DNA of 64,000 nucleotides from a virus (Duplodnaviria; Caudoviricetes): IMG/VR virus record IMGVR_UViG_3300042288_001626; one strand, 5' to 3'. Shown piece by piece: positions 9,611 to 18,832 of this stretch (position 1 is its first letter; each line of letters starts with the position of its first letter). The notes under the pieces were generated by a model. It saw only the letters and a program-made list of their open reading frames with translations, ran no database searches and was not told where the DNA came from. The position numbers and the translations under genes were made by a program.

Positions 9611-9898
9611 CTAATTATCGAGGTCGATGAACGCTTCTTGCTGTTCTAGTTGCTTTAATTTTTCGTAAACCTCGAGCGTAAGCTCGTCATTGTGTTGCTC
9701 GAAATCTACCCAATCCATTACCTCCTCTAGCCATGATCTAAATCTAGCTATTGTCACCAGGGTATGGTCATTGTCTCCCCAGCTAAAAGGCGCGTCGTCA
9801 GAGAGTGCGTCAAATATCCAGCTCTTCCATTTTTCTGGAAACAACTTACTTAAAGGATATGCTGCAAGATTAACGACTTCAGGAATTTTATTGGTCAT
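9611..9898 (-). CDS. hypothetical protein
   Basis: ATG at 9898 (MTNKIP) lies directly after the upstream stop; the track extends to 9922. Confidence 0.6.
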   Translation of the reverse strand: MTNKIPEVVNLAAYPLSKLFPEKWKSWIFDALSDDAPFSWGDNDHTLVTIARFRSWLEEVMDWVDFEQHNDELTLEVYEKLKQLEQQEAFIDLDN

Positions 9899-9899
9899 A

Positions 9900-10133
9900 C
9901 TATTCTTCGAAAGGTTCAACAAACTTAATCAATTTTTTAAGCTTAATAAGCGTACAGTCTTCTCCGTCTGCAAGGTGAAGATTATCAAGCAATACCTCTC
10001 TTATGCCTTGCACCAGCTCGGATATTCTTGTCGCAGCTTCTGCTACGCAAGCGTTAGCTACTCCGTCGTCTGACTGGATGTCCTGAGATAAGATATAGAG
10101 TGAGTTGATGAGGATTTGGTCAGGAGTTTTCAT
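9900..10133 (-). CDS. hypothetical protein
   Basis: 77-aa ORF; SDDGVANACVAEAATRI motif. Confidence 0.6.
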   Translation of the reverse strand: MKTPDQILINSLYILSQDIQSDDGVANACVAEAATRISELVQGIREVLLDNLHLADGEDCTLIKLKKLIKFVEPFEE

Positions 10134-10160
10134 GGTAAGTTATTTAAATTCCAAAATCAG

Positions 10161-10424
10161 TCATTTTTGAGTGTATGTTCTCCTCTCGTCTGGTCCGGCT
10201 AGAGAGGCTACTTCATCACCTTCCGCATCAAGATAGTCTATTTCAGCGTCAATGCCCAAAGCCGACAATACAGCAAGCCAGCCACTATCTTCACAAGGAC
10301 TACTGTGAACGTGGTGTAACTCAGTTTCACCGTTATTTATAAACCAATCCGTTCCTAGCTCTGTACAGCAACCATCGCCACACTCGTAGCTATATGTTCG
10401 CTGTATTATCTTTATTTTCTTCAT
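10161..10424 (-). CDS. hypothetical protein
   Basis: 87-aa ORF with ECGDGCC motif. Confidence 0.6.
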   Translation of the reverse strand: MKKIKIIQRTYSYECGDGCCTELGTDWFINNGETELHHVHSSPCEDSGWLAVLSALGIDAEIDYLDAEGDEVASLAGPDERRTYTQK

Positions 10425-10761
10425 TGTTTGATTCGGTGTGCCTCCATTTACCTAGGGTTTTTAAAAGAGCTTCTGCTCTCTGTCTGGCTGTTGCGTGACA
10501 AACTGCAAACCTCCAATAATAGGGATATTCGCGCTCCTCGTTTTCTTTTTTAACTATAGAGCAAAGCTCTTCCTCAAACAGCATACCCTGCTCATAGTCT
10601 AGTAGCTGTTCCGCCTGATGTATTACGGTTAGATCGTCGCAGAAAGAGGGCAGTTCCCACGATGTCCAGTCTACTCCTCCGTAGGCCCACACATATACAT
10701 GATCCTCCATGTACACACCAAACCATTCTGCAATCGCTTCGTTAATCTCTCGACCTGTCAT
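10390..10761 (-). CDS. conserved phage hypothetical protein
   Basis: EINEAIAEW...PSFCDDL...HATARQRAEALLKTLGKW, a pattern recalled from phage proteins. Confidence 0.65.
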   Translation of the reverse strand: MTGREINEAIAEWFGVYMEDHVYVWAYGGVDWTSWELPSFCDDLTVIHQAEQLLDYEQGMLFEEELCSIVKKENEEREYPYYWRFAVCHATARQRAEALLKTLGKWRHTESNNEENKDNTANI

Positions 10762-11044
10762 AGGTTCTTTCCTCCTCTTCTCTAACTTCCGAGGTAGTTA
10801 ATTCTTTAGGGTGTTTAAAGAATCCCAGAGCAAATTCAACTCCAGGAAACTCCTCTACTTCCACTCCACACCAGCTGCTAGCTATATGAAGTTTAGCCAC
10901 AGTATACTCCTTTCCTGCCTCTAGTAGGGTTTCAGCACTTTCAATAATATTTTTAAACCAGAAAGGCCGAACACCTATAAACTCAATTTTGCTTCCTTTT
11001 CTAGGCCATTGTTTCATTATAAAATGTGCGTGAAAGATGCGCAC
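10742..11044 (-). CDS. hypothetical protein
   Basis: 100-aa ORF overlapping its neighbour. Confidence 0.6.
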   Translation of the reverse strand: MRIFHAHFIMKQWPRKGSKIEFIGVRPFWFKNIIESAETLLEAGKEYTVAKLHIASSWCGVEVEEFPGVEFALGFFKHPKELTTSEVREEEERTYDRSRD

Positions 11045-11058
11045 CCCCTGACAATAAG

Positions 11059-11316
11059 TTAATTTTCGGAAACAACTTCGTGATGCTTTTTAATCTTCAC
11101 AAGTTGCCAGTCGGCTGGACTGAGGTGTGTGAGTCTGAACTCTTCCTCAAGATGCTCCTTATCGTCCTGCAGCACGTCGTCATGATAGCCTATGAACACG
11201 CAATGCTGTCCTAGGTACAGAGGATCGATGTGAAGCCATTCATTAGGAGTTTTCCTGCTTCTGTATGCCCAGCAAAAGCAGGATTTGTCGTTTAGCAAAT
11301 TAGTCGAGCTGCTCAT
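11059..11316 (-). CDS. hypothetical protein
   Basis: 85-aa ORF. Confidence 0.55.
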   Translation of the reverse strand: MSSSTNLLNDKSCFCWAYRSRKTPNEWLHIDPLYLGQHCVFIGYHDDVLQDDKEHLEEEFRLTHLSPADWQLVKIKKHHEVVSEN

Positions 11317-12118
11317 ATAAATCAGGGTGTATGGGATTGTAAGTATCTACAAACTCAAAGAATTTTTCTCTTGTGAGTTTGCCTTCGTTGGTTTCGACAG
11401 CGTATGCAATAGCTTGTCCGTAAGGTCCACTAAGCTGCTCTTCTAAAAACTCAGGATCATCAAAATTAATGCGTCCGATGTCGTAGGAAATTTTTAAAAG
11501 CTCGTTCGGAGAAATTTTCCATCCTCGCTTTAGAAACTTATTTACTCTAAACAATGCACACAAAGGGAAACCGCTGCCTACGTAGCGCAACTCTTTCGCA
11601 AGAATGGCTTCGAGACTATCTGCATTCAACACAAGGTTATCTGGAGTATAATAGTTTTTGCTGTGAACAAAATCAAAAGTCTTATGAATTTCTTCGACTG
11701 ATCCGCAAAACCTAATTACTACCTGAATGCCTGACGATAGGGTTATAGCATTTATAGAGAAGTTTATCGGTTGAAACATGTTTTCGTTTGTAACCACAGA
11801 AAACTTCTCTTTTGTTTTCCCTATGATAGAAGGAGCTATAGGAGCAGCAAAACGTACACCGTTGTCGACAAGCTCCAAAGAGTGATGTTGATTCCCAGTC
11901 AAGTCTGCGTAGTACCTAGCCAATTTAAAGGCTGTGCGCACATCACTAAGATATACATCATAATCGTGAACAGGTTCATCGAGGAGCATACTGCTTATAC
12001 ATCCTCCCGAAACAATCACATTTTTTCGTACCTCGTCTCTAAGCTGCTTGTTACCGATATGAGAGGTCCAGGCGCCTATTTTGTCTTTAATGTTTTTTGC
12101 AATTTCTCTCTTGTTCAT
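11300..12118 (-). CDS. phage nucleotidyltransferase-fold protein (pol-beta superfamily)
   Basis: VSGGCISSMLLDEPVHDYDVYL carries the GG...DxD catalytic motif; FDFVH and RVNKFLKRGW; likely start MNKRE at 12118. Confidence 0.7.
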   Translation of the reverse strand: MNKREIAKNIKDKIGAWTSHIGNKQLRDEVRKNVIVSGGCISSMLLDEPVHDYDVYLSDVRTAFKLARYYADLTGNQHHSLELVDNGVRFAAPIAPSIIGKTKEKFSVVTNENMFQPINFSINAITLSSGIQVVIRFCGSVEEIHKTFDFVHSKNYYTPDNLVLNADSLEAILAKELRYVGSGFPLCALFRVNKFLKRGWKISPNELLKISYDIGRINFDDPEFLEEQLSGPYGQAIAYAVETNEGKLTREKFFEFVDTYNPIHPDLYEQLD

Positions 12119-12137
12119 GTTGCTGGTAAGTTGAATG

Positions 12138-12740
12138 CTACGTAGATATACACTCGTTAGTTTTTGTATTGTATAAAGACCACACCGCACTCTTACCAAA
12201 GGTAGAGTGTTCCTCGATTAACTTAAGCTCACTGTCATTATATCGGAGACTATGAATATCCATAATCATGACATCGTCGGAAAAAGAATCATCAGAATAC
12301 ACAGAGTGGGTGAAGCTGAGACAGGTCACATCGAAAAAATCTGTATATAGCTCATACACACCAAAGACACCTTTCTGTATGTCGAGACCAGAAAATACGA
12401 AGTCTTCATCAATATCAAAAATATCCAATACTTCTCCCCAGGTACTCGTTACTTCGTCTTCGTCTAGAGCTGACAAATGTACCACTTCTCCAGCCTCATT
12501 CTTCACCTCTATGAATGTATTTGAATCTACGAAAGGTCCAAACTGATGAGCTATGTCATCGAGCTCATGCAGACTATTTTTGGGAAACTCTTCTTCAATC
12601 TCGGCAGGAGCCTGGGCTTCTTCGGAAATGTAACTTTGGAGATCTCCAGAATCACTAAAGTAGCGATATACTTTCTCGCTTATTTTACCTATATAGAACT
12701 CTCCGCCTAGTCCATGTAATGTTATTGTGTATTTTTGCAT
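12138..12740 (-). CDS. hypothetical acidic protein
   Basis: 200-aa D/E-rich ORF. Confidence 0.65.
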   Translation of the reverse strand: MQKYTITLHGLGGEFYIGKISEKVYRYFSDSGDLQSYISEEAQAPAEIEEEFPKNSLHELDDIAHQFGPFVDSNTFIEVKNEAGEVVHLSALDEDEVTSTWGEVLDIFDIDEDFVFSGLDIQKGVFGVYELYTDFFDVTCLSFTHSVYSDDSFSDDVMIMDIHSLRYNDSELKLIEEHSTFGKSAVWSLYNTKTNECIST

Positions 12741-12741
12741 A

Positions 12742-13830
12742 TTAGACTAATTCTGCCGCTTTAAATTCATCCAAAACAGCTTTAGGGTCATGTGACGTCA
12801 GCAGCTTATAAGCAGTGTCATATACCAGTTTTTCATAAGGTATGCCTACTGTAAGTTCTCGTAGAACACTACCGAATCTATCTGCTGTTTTTAATTCAGA
12901 TCGAATATTTATCAGCTCCTCTCTACCCTCCTCGTCTTTTTTAACTTTGGTAATTTTTACAAAACCTAATTCGTATAGGAAATTAAGTTTGTTGCCTATC
13001 TGAACATCTCCGTAGATCTTTACTAAAAATACAGGGCGCTTTCCTTGTCCTTGGTAACGCTTGAAAAGCTCTGGAGTCAACTTATCCAAATCCTCGTCAG
13101 CGACATCAACAGTGACATATTCTCGAGGCAGTTTGTAGGGAATGCAAGTAAGAGCAGCTCCATCATAATAGTACAGACCGTCTTTTTTTGTTTCGTTGCC
13201 TGCCGTTACACCAAGGCTTCCGCAGTAACCAACAAACAGCTCCTTCTGACAGTTTATATCGTAGTACTGCATTGTTCTACGAATATGGATATCGCCTAGC
13301 AGAATTCCCTCAAGGCTGCGACACTGATTACCGAACTCGAGTTCCTTCAGGCTTATTTTCTTTTTATCTTCACAGAAGGGCCACAACTCAGGAATTTGCT
13401 GATGCATGAATATCCAGTGCACACTGTTCGTGTCCCGTTTGTTGAGCTCATGATTCACCAAAGCTACAATGTCCGCAGGATTATCACTATAGTCTACCCC
13501 TACAAACTGAGGTACACTGTTTATGCTGTCAAACCCACACACAGTCTCCCAAGTAGCTCCATTTACAGGCTTGCTATGATCGCCAGCCAGTGCAACAGGA
13601 GTCACACTATGTTTTTTAAGCTTATTGATCTGCTCTGTTACGAAGCTGATTGTATCGCTGCTCGGCTTATTATGGTCGAACAAATCACCCACACTAACCA
13701 GGTAGTCAACTTTGTACTCAATTGCAGTGGCTACAGCCAGTTTGAATAAATCTCGATTATCTTGCTCGAGCTCTGGAATGTTGTACAGTTTACTCTCGAG
13801 GTGTTGGTCGCTAAATGCTATGAACTTCAT
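12742..13830 (-). CDS. sbcD: Mre11/SbcD (gp47-like) metallophosphoesterase nuclease
   Basis: SDQH, VGDLFD, GDH, MHQ, GDIH motifs; C-terminal GYCGSL. Confidence 0.88.
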   Translation of the reverse strand: MKFIAFSDQHLESKLYNIPELEQDNRDLFKLAVATAIEYKVDYLVSVGDLFDHNKPSSDTISFVTEQINKLKKHSVTPVALAGDHSKPVNGATWETVCGFDSINSVPQFVGVDYSDNPADIVALVNHELNKRDTNSVHWIFMHQQIPELWPFCEDKKKISLKELEFGNQCRSLEGILLGDIHIRRTMQYYDINCQKELFVGYCGSLGVTAGNETKKDGLYYYDGAALTCIPYKLPREYVTVDVADEDLDKLTPELFKRYQGQGKRPVFLVKIYGDVQIGNKLNFLYELGFVKITKVKKDEEGREELINIRSELKTADRFGSVLRELTVGIPYEKLVYDTAYKLLTSHDPKAVLDEFKAAELV

Positions 13831-13842
13831 TTTATTTTGACT

Positions 13843-14385
13843 CTATGTTCCGCGAACGATGTTTCCTTGTTCTTTGATTTTCCAGTCAGCCACCGCAGTC
13901 ATCACATTCTTGCCTAGTCTAGGACTAGCTAATTTCAACATACGCAGGTTTGGCCAGGCAATCTTGCGCACAGCTAAAACCTTCTGTAAGGCTTCTTCGA
14001 CAGAGAATCCTTGCATTACCCAGGCGATTATAGCTATCGCAGAACTGCGAGCTATCCCAGCAAAACAGTTAACACCCAGATTATGATATGCAGGGCTAGC
14101 GACAAAGGGATCCAAGAAACTAATGATGTTGTTGATGTGCTGTTCTCGAGGCCCCTGCTCTTCGATATTACTCTTAATAAATGGTTCTTCGTCTTCATCA
14201 CTCCAATCTCTAAAATACTGCGCAAAATGGGATATGCCCTTACGCTGTAATCTTTGACCTAGTCTGAAAACCCTAGGCTTATCCTCAGGATCGACAGCAC
14301 TAATCCATACATCCTGCAAAATAGTAGTTTTGTATGGTAAATCTGTTGCTTTGTTTAAATCAGTAATAACTATAGAAGCTATCAT
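13843..14385 (-). CDS. CX5R (tyrosine/dual-specificity-type) phosphatase
   Basis: VNCFAGIARSSA P-loop, FRDWSD acid loop, AWPNLRM. Confidence 0.8.
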   Translation of the reverse strand: MIASIVITDLNKATDLPYKTTILQDVWISAVDPEDKPRVFRLGQRLQRKGISHFAQYFRDWSDEDEEPFIKSNIEEQGPREQHINNIISFLDPFVASPAYHNLGVNCFAGIARSSAIAIIAWVMQGFSVEEALQKVLAVRKIAWPNLRMLKLASPRLGKNVMTAVADWKIKEQGNIVRGT

Positions 14386-14729
14386 AGTATCAATTTTCTG
14401 TGTTCTTCCTTCACTTCCTCTACTTTATTCATTTGGCTGTTTGATGGTATGTGCGAAGTAAGTATATCGTATACTTGACTAGGAATGCTGATGGTCTCTC
14501 CGTCTTCAATAAAGAGAAACCCTTCATTAACTTTAGAAAGAACTGCCTCCTCAAAGTCCTCGTCGGCTTCTTGAAGAAACTCGTATACTTTCAACAACTC
14601 ACGAGTCATTTTTTTCCCTGTACTCATATACAGGTAATACTGCTCATTTATAGAGAACAGCTCTAAGATACAAAACTCAGTTGCTCGTGGTTTCTTTTTA
14701 GAGAGTAACTCTGTTTTAATTCTTTCCAT
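14382..14729 (-). CDS. hypothetical protein
   Basis: 115-aa ORF starting just after the terminator; ATGA overlap with the phosphatase. Confidence 0.6.
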   Translation of the reverse strand: MERIKTELLSKKKPRATEFCILELFSINEQYYLYMSTGKKMTRELLKVYEFLQEADEDFEEAVLSKVNEGFLFIEDGETISIPSQVYDILTSHIPSNSQMNKVEEVKEEHRKLIL

Positions 14730-14731
14730 AA

Positions 14732-14771
14732 AATAAAAAGCCCCTGCAAGTGGGGGGAGCTTGCAGAGGCT
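14732..14771 (-). terminator. intrinsic terminator closing the AAA/DUF operon
   Basis: Minus strand AGCCTCTGCAAG-loop-CTTGCAGGGGCT followed by TTTTATT. Confidence 0.8.
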
Positions 14772-14782
14772 GTTGGGAGTAC

Positions 14783-15046
14783 TCAGCTTGCGGCTAGGGC
14801 AAACTGATCCTCAATTTTTCTATTCAAGTATTCTCTTTCAGCATCTATAACGAGTCCTCGGACAAGATTGGAGGCAATTACGTTACCTTCAAGATCTGTG
14901 GCTACCCACAGTTGCTGATCGTGATCAAACTCTACATTAGATACACGAGTCACCTGTTTTGCGCCGAGGGTGTTCAATCTATCTACCAGATCATTAGCAA
15001 GACACTGAACATTTCCTTCTCTATCAATATAGATGGTTGCGTTCAT
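14783..15046 (-). CDS. small conserved partner of DUF2997/DUF1257 clusters
   Basis: IYIDREGNVQCL...TRVSNVEFD...W; ATGA overlap with the DUF2997-like gene. Confidence 0.6.
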   Translation of the reverse strand: MNATIYIDREGNVQCLANDLVDRLNTLGAKQVTRVSNVEFDHDQQLWVATDLEGNVIASNLVRGLVIDAEREYLNRKIEDQFALAAS

Positions 15047-15246
15047 CGCTGCTCTAGATGCTCATCAATTTCCAGAGAAATAGGCTCCTCGTATTCTTCT
15101 GTCATTCTACGCGTACTTTCGTCCGCAAGACCCAGAGACTTTTCAATAAACTTTGTAGCCTCTAGACAAGAGGAGCCGTACCCTTCAACTTTATCAATCA
15201 ACACATCTCCATTTTTGCTTATCTTAAATATAATTTGTTTAGACAT
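15043..15246 (-). CDS. DUF2997-family protein
   Basis: IIFKISKNGDVLIDKVEGYGSSCLEATKFIEKSLG...TEEY matches the family pattern. Confidence 0.8.
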   Translation of the reverse strand: MSKQIIFKISKNGDVLIDKVEGYGSSCLEATKFIEKSLGLADESTRRMTEEYEEPISLEIDEHLEQR

Positions 15247-15550
15247 AAATCATCGAATTTCTCAAGAATTTACCGTTCTTGTCATACTTGAATTTAATTC
15301 TTACGGTGTGTTTCTTTTCCATAGGGCAACTCACCACATAGGTAACAGTCGCTTGTGCAGTGTCGGGGGAGTCTGCGTCATCGACTGGCTTGATGTGATG
15401 ATAAGGAATATGCACCTCGCATGGAGTATTTTTTTCTCCTGGAGGGGTCGCAGATTCCTTGGTCAAAATATCTTTAATTGACCTAGCCAACTTTGATTTA
15501 ATTAATTCGAATTCTTTATGTTCAATTTCCATAGTTTTACTTTTCTGCAA
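15239..15550 (-). CDS. hypothetical protein within the DUF operon
   Basis: 103-aa ORF overlapping both neighbours. Confidence 0.6.
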   Translation of the reverse strand: MQKSKTMEIEHKEFELIKSKLARSIKDILTKESATPPGEKNTPCEVHIPYHHIKPVDDADSPDTAQATVTYVVSCPMEKKHTVRIKFKYDKNGKFLRNSMIYV

Positions 15551-15926
15551 TTACAACCAACTCACCTGTAGCCAATTCCTCAACCTTATAAGTAAGATCT
15601 TCGTCATACATAAACTTCTTGAGTTCTGTAAGTGCGTAGTTCTGTTTAATCTTTTGCATTTTTGGTCCAAGCTGCTTTTCTATGCTGCTATCAAAGAAAT
15701 CGCAAACGAAAAACGCATTACCTGCCTGGTCTACATTTATACCTACATCGAACCCAGAAGCCTTGGGGTTCAATGCAACATACTGATGCACATCCTCCTT
15801 TCTTGGGTCTGAGTGATATGTCCGACACTTGCTGTTTTGTACAATCTTCCATCCCAGCGACTCAAACTGAGACAGTAAGTTTGTAATGTTTTTAAACTGT
15901 GTTGTTATGTTTACAGCGTGACTCAT
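15537..15926 (-). CDS. DUF1257 (Ycf35-like) protein
   Basis: MSHAVNITTQFKNITNLLSQFESLGW...FDVG...CDFF...IKQNYA; start at 15926 overlaps the upstream TGA (ATGA). Confidence 0.8.
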   Translation of the reverse strand: MSHAVNITTQFKNITNLLSQFESLGWKIVQNSKCRTYHSDPRKEDVHQYVALNPKASGFDVGINVDQAGNAFFVCDFFDSSIEKQLGPKMQKIKQNYALTELKKFMYDEDLTYKVEELATGELVVIAEK

Positions 15927-16219
15927 GATATTTGGATTTTTTCGTACGTGCCTGCCTTCTGGAGCCACAGCTCCACAATTTCTTTTGTATCAAACGTTTC
16001 TTCGATGACTTTGAAGAAATCCTTGAAAGATAATTTCAGCGACTCTTCTCCGTCATCTTTTAATGTAACGAGACTTACAGAATTCTTATCAATATCCATA
16101 ACGTCTCCATTAGCTACCTCACAGTAAGGCAGATAAAGTTCGTGGTTATCGCCCCTAAATTTGACATTAAGCATGTCATACATAGGAGGGTCAATCATGT
16201 CGTTATCTTCGCTATACAT
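15923..16219 (-). CDS. hypothetical acidic protein within the DUF operon
   Basis: 98-aa ORF, 2 nt from the DUF3150-like gene stop. Confidence 0.6.
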   Translation of the reverse strand: MYSEDNDMIDPPMYDMLNVKFRGDNHELYLPYCEVANGDVMDIDKNSVSLVTLKDDGEESLKLSFKDFFKVIEETFDTKEIVELWLQKAGTYEKIQIS

Positions 16220-16221
16220 AA

Positions 16222-17223
16222 CTATACACTCAATTTACGGAAATACTCGCCAGCGACGTTAGCTACATCTGAGGTGTCCTCGGCAGCTTTCACAACATTA
16301 CTAAGATGTGTCTTAAGCAGAGAGATGGCGTCTTTGTTTCCTTCGAAGTCATGCTTACCGTTAAGGAGATTTTCAAGCTTACTCAGCTCAGCCTCCACAG
16401 ACTTGTCATCTGCAAAGTTTGCAGACCTGAACTCCTCTATCTGCCTGTATATTGATCTGATACTTGCTTCGGAGACCAGCTCTTTTTTGGTAATCTTGTT
16501 GAGAACAACACTAAAGTGCTCGGCAATCTTGCCACGCACAGTCTGCGTAACCTCATCCATGAATTGGCTAAGCTTAGAGGAATGCACCTCTAGCTGTTGC
16601 GCATACTCCTGGCGGTACTTCGCAGCAGCCTGCTGCTTTGCTTCGGCATGATCTTCTTCACGACGAATCTCATCCTGCAGGTTCAGCTCATTAAACTCAG
16701 TAGGCAGAGCTATCTCGTAAGAGACAATATCGAAACAGAATTTTTTCGCAATCTTTTCGAGAGGGGGATAATAAGAACTCAAGTCATCCACACTCACAGT
16801 GTCTTTATGGGCGTTATAGTACTCAATAACTTCTCGCTTATAGTCTTCGTACTTTAAAACAAACTCGTCTACCATAGCCAGGTAACCGGCACGGAGCTCG
16901 TTTAACTTCTTATACACTTCAATAAACTTTGTCTTTGGTACGAAGTGAGCTTGAGCAGCCAGCGGAAATGCGAACGAATTTTCGTAGAGGTATTTCCTAG
17001 CCTTCTGCTCATAATTCTTGAACTTGTTGAAGACTGAAGGCTTGATCAACATTTTCTTGCCCAGTTTAATAGTCTCTGGGAGTTGCTTATCTAATTTGAT
17101 GTCTCCTTCAGTCAAGTTATAGGACATTCCCCACATACCGACATGCAGGTTTATAAGTTTCCCATCTTGGAAAACCTTGTTGTAGTGCTGTTGCAGTGTG
17201 GATGACAGTTTGTAATCGGACAT
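16222..17223 (-). CDS. DUF3150-like protein
   Basis: LINLHVGMWG...LGKKMLI...FVP...LNEL...FVLKYEDY...YPP...KF pattern, followed by helical coiled coil. Confidence 0.65.
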   Translation of the reverse strand: MSDYKLSSTLQQHYNKVFQDGKLINLHVGMWGMSYNLTEGDIKLDKQLPETIKLGKKMLIKPSVFNKFKNYEQKARKYLYENSFAFPLAAQAHFVPKTKFIEVYKKLNELRAGYLAMVDEFVLKYEDYKREVIEYYNAHKDTVSVDDLSSYYPPLEKIAKKFCFDIVSYEIALPTEFNELNLQDEIRREEDHAEAKQQAAAKYRQEYAQQLEVHSSKLSQFMDEVTQTVRGKIAEHFSVVLNKITKKELVSEASIRSIYRQIEEFRSANFADDKSVEAELSKLENLLNGKHDFEGNKDAISLLKTHLSNVVKAAEDTSDVANVAGEYFRKLSV

Positions 17224-17245
17224 ATTTATTATTGGTTGGTGTTTG

Positions 17246-18832
17246 TTAGATGTCTTCGTTGCTGATGGCGATAGATAACTTTCTCATGTTTTTTTGTACA
17301 TCTGCTACAGGGTCTCCTTGGGAAGAAACCATGACTAGCTTGCCTTGTGCCTGTCTGCGCATGATTTTCAAATCTTCTTCATGGCTCGTAGCGAACGGAA
17401 TAAACTCAGCCAATACTTCAAGCACGTGAGTATCTGCTACTTCTTCACCAACATCAAACGCTTTATACAGCGCATCTTTAAAAACTTCTTCAATCTCAGC
17501 ACCAGTAAAATTATCTGAACCAGTCACCAGAGTCTTTATGCTGAAATCTTTTGGATTTCTTCCGTATTTCTTAATTACTACATTGAAGATTTCTTTGCGC
17601 TCCTCAGCGTTAGGTAAATCTACCCAGAACAACTGGTCAAAACGACCTTTACGGATCAGGGCGGCAGGAAGCAGAGTATGGTTGTTCGTCGTAGCTACAA
17701 TGAATGCAGGGTTATTGCGGTCATTCAGCCAAGTCAGGAACGTACCGAAGATACGGCTGCTTACCCCACTGTCTCCTCCGCCGGAAACAGCATTGTTACT
17801 TAGAGACTTTTCAATCTCGTCAATAAGAATAACACACTTACCTATAGACTCTACGGTTTTGATAACCTCCCGCATGTTCTTTTCGCTATTACCCACAAGC
17901 GAATCAAAAACACTACCTACATCAAGAGAGAACAAAGGGCAGTCAAACTCTCGAGCGATAGCCTTGCAAATAAGGCTTTTGCCTGTGCCTGGAACACTTG
18001 CAAGAAGCATACCTTTAGGCATAGGAAGTTTGTAGTCTCTGGCAGACTTGGAGTATGCGTTTTTCCTGGCGGTCAACCACTTCTTCAGTCCGGACATGCC
18101 GCCAACATTATCAAACGAAATGTTGGGTTCCATATAAGTAAGCAGACCGTTCTTTTTAAGCTGACTTATTTTTTCTTGAAAGACCGCCTCTACAAACCTC
18201 TGATTAAAGGCTTTTGCGCTGATGTAGGCCATAGCAAAAGCGTTCTCAACCTCGATGTTAGTCATACCTTTCGCTGCTTCAACAGAAGCCTCGACAATAC
18301 CTGTAGAGATTTCGATCAGCGGCTGATTGCTTTCTGCCAACTCCTTATTGATTGAGTTTTTGATAAACATCAAGCGCTCTTCAATAGAGGCGGAATCAGG
18401 TAGAGTATAGTCAAGCAATTGAATTTCCTTAACAAGCTCTCCTGGTACAGCAAACTTATGCCCTACGAAAATAATCATGTTACGAAGCCTTTTAAGCTTG
18501 TTCCATGCATTCCTGAGCAAGCGGATGTTAATTACCTTGTCGAAGTGCAGATGAAAGTCGCGCAGAACAAAAATGTTGTTTGCGTGCTTGTACTTCTGAA
18601 TATACTCTAAAAGATTTACCGTTTGCCTTGTTTCTTCTGGATGGGCGAGCTGATTTTCACCTGCTCTGCACACCAGTCCTTCCTGAGCATCCCATTCATG
18701 GATTGTGATTCCTGGCTCTCTCTCCCTCAGGGTCAGCAGATCTCTTGAAAACCTTGTTTCTTCGTGGGTGAGCACAAATAGACCAGGGTAACAGGCTTTG
18801 TGGTAGTTGTGTATTTTAGTCGTGAAGTCCAT
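17246..18832 (-). CDS. Ycf46-like AAA+ ATPase (degenerate N-terminal AAA plus active C-terminal AAA)
   Basis: N-terminal THEETR...WD...LRDFH...P.EL module; VGGMSGLKKWL, GMLLASVPGTGKS, IDEIEK, ATTN, RKGRFD. Confidence 0.88.
   Translation of the reverse strand: MDFTTKIHNYHKACYPGLFVLTHEETRFSRDLLTLREREPGITIHEWDAQEGLVCRAGENQLAHPEETRQTVNLLEYIQKYKHANNIFVLRDFHLHFDKVINIRLLRNAWNKLKRLRNMIIFVGHKFAVPGELVKEIQLLDYTLPDSASIEERLMFIKNSINKELAESNQPLIEISTGIVEASVEAAKGMTNIEVENAFAMAYISAKAFNQRFVEAVFQEKISQLKKNGLLTYMEPNISFDNVGGMSGLKKWLTARKNAYSKSARDYKLPMPKGMLLASVPGTGKSLICKAIAREFDCPLFSLDVGSVFDSLVGNSEKNMREVIKTVESIGKCVILIDEIEKSLSNNAVSGGGDSGVSSRIFGTFLTWLNDRNNPAFIVATTNNHTLLPAALIRKGRFDQLFWVDLPNAEERKEIFNVVIKKYGRNPKDFSIKTLVTGSDNFTGAEIEEVFKDALYKAFDVGEEVADTHVLEVLAEFIPFATSHEEDLKIMRRQAQGKLVMVSSQGDPVADVQKNMRKLSIAISNEDI

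Noticed and set aside
14912-18035. Plus-strand ORFs 14912..15481, 15459..15812, 16142..16651, 17538..18035
   Set aside because: They overlap well-supported minus-strand genes and have Ser/Leu/Phe-rich antisense composition.
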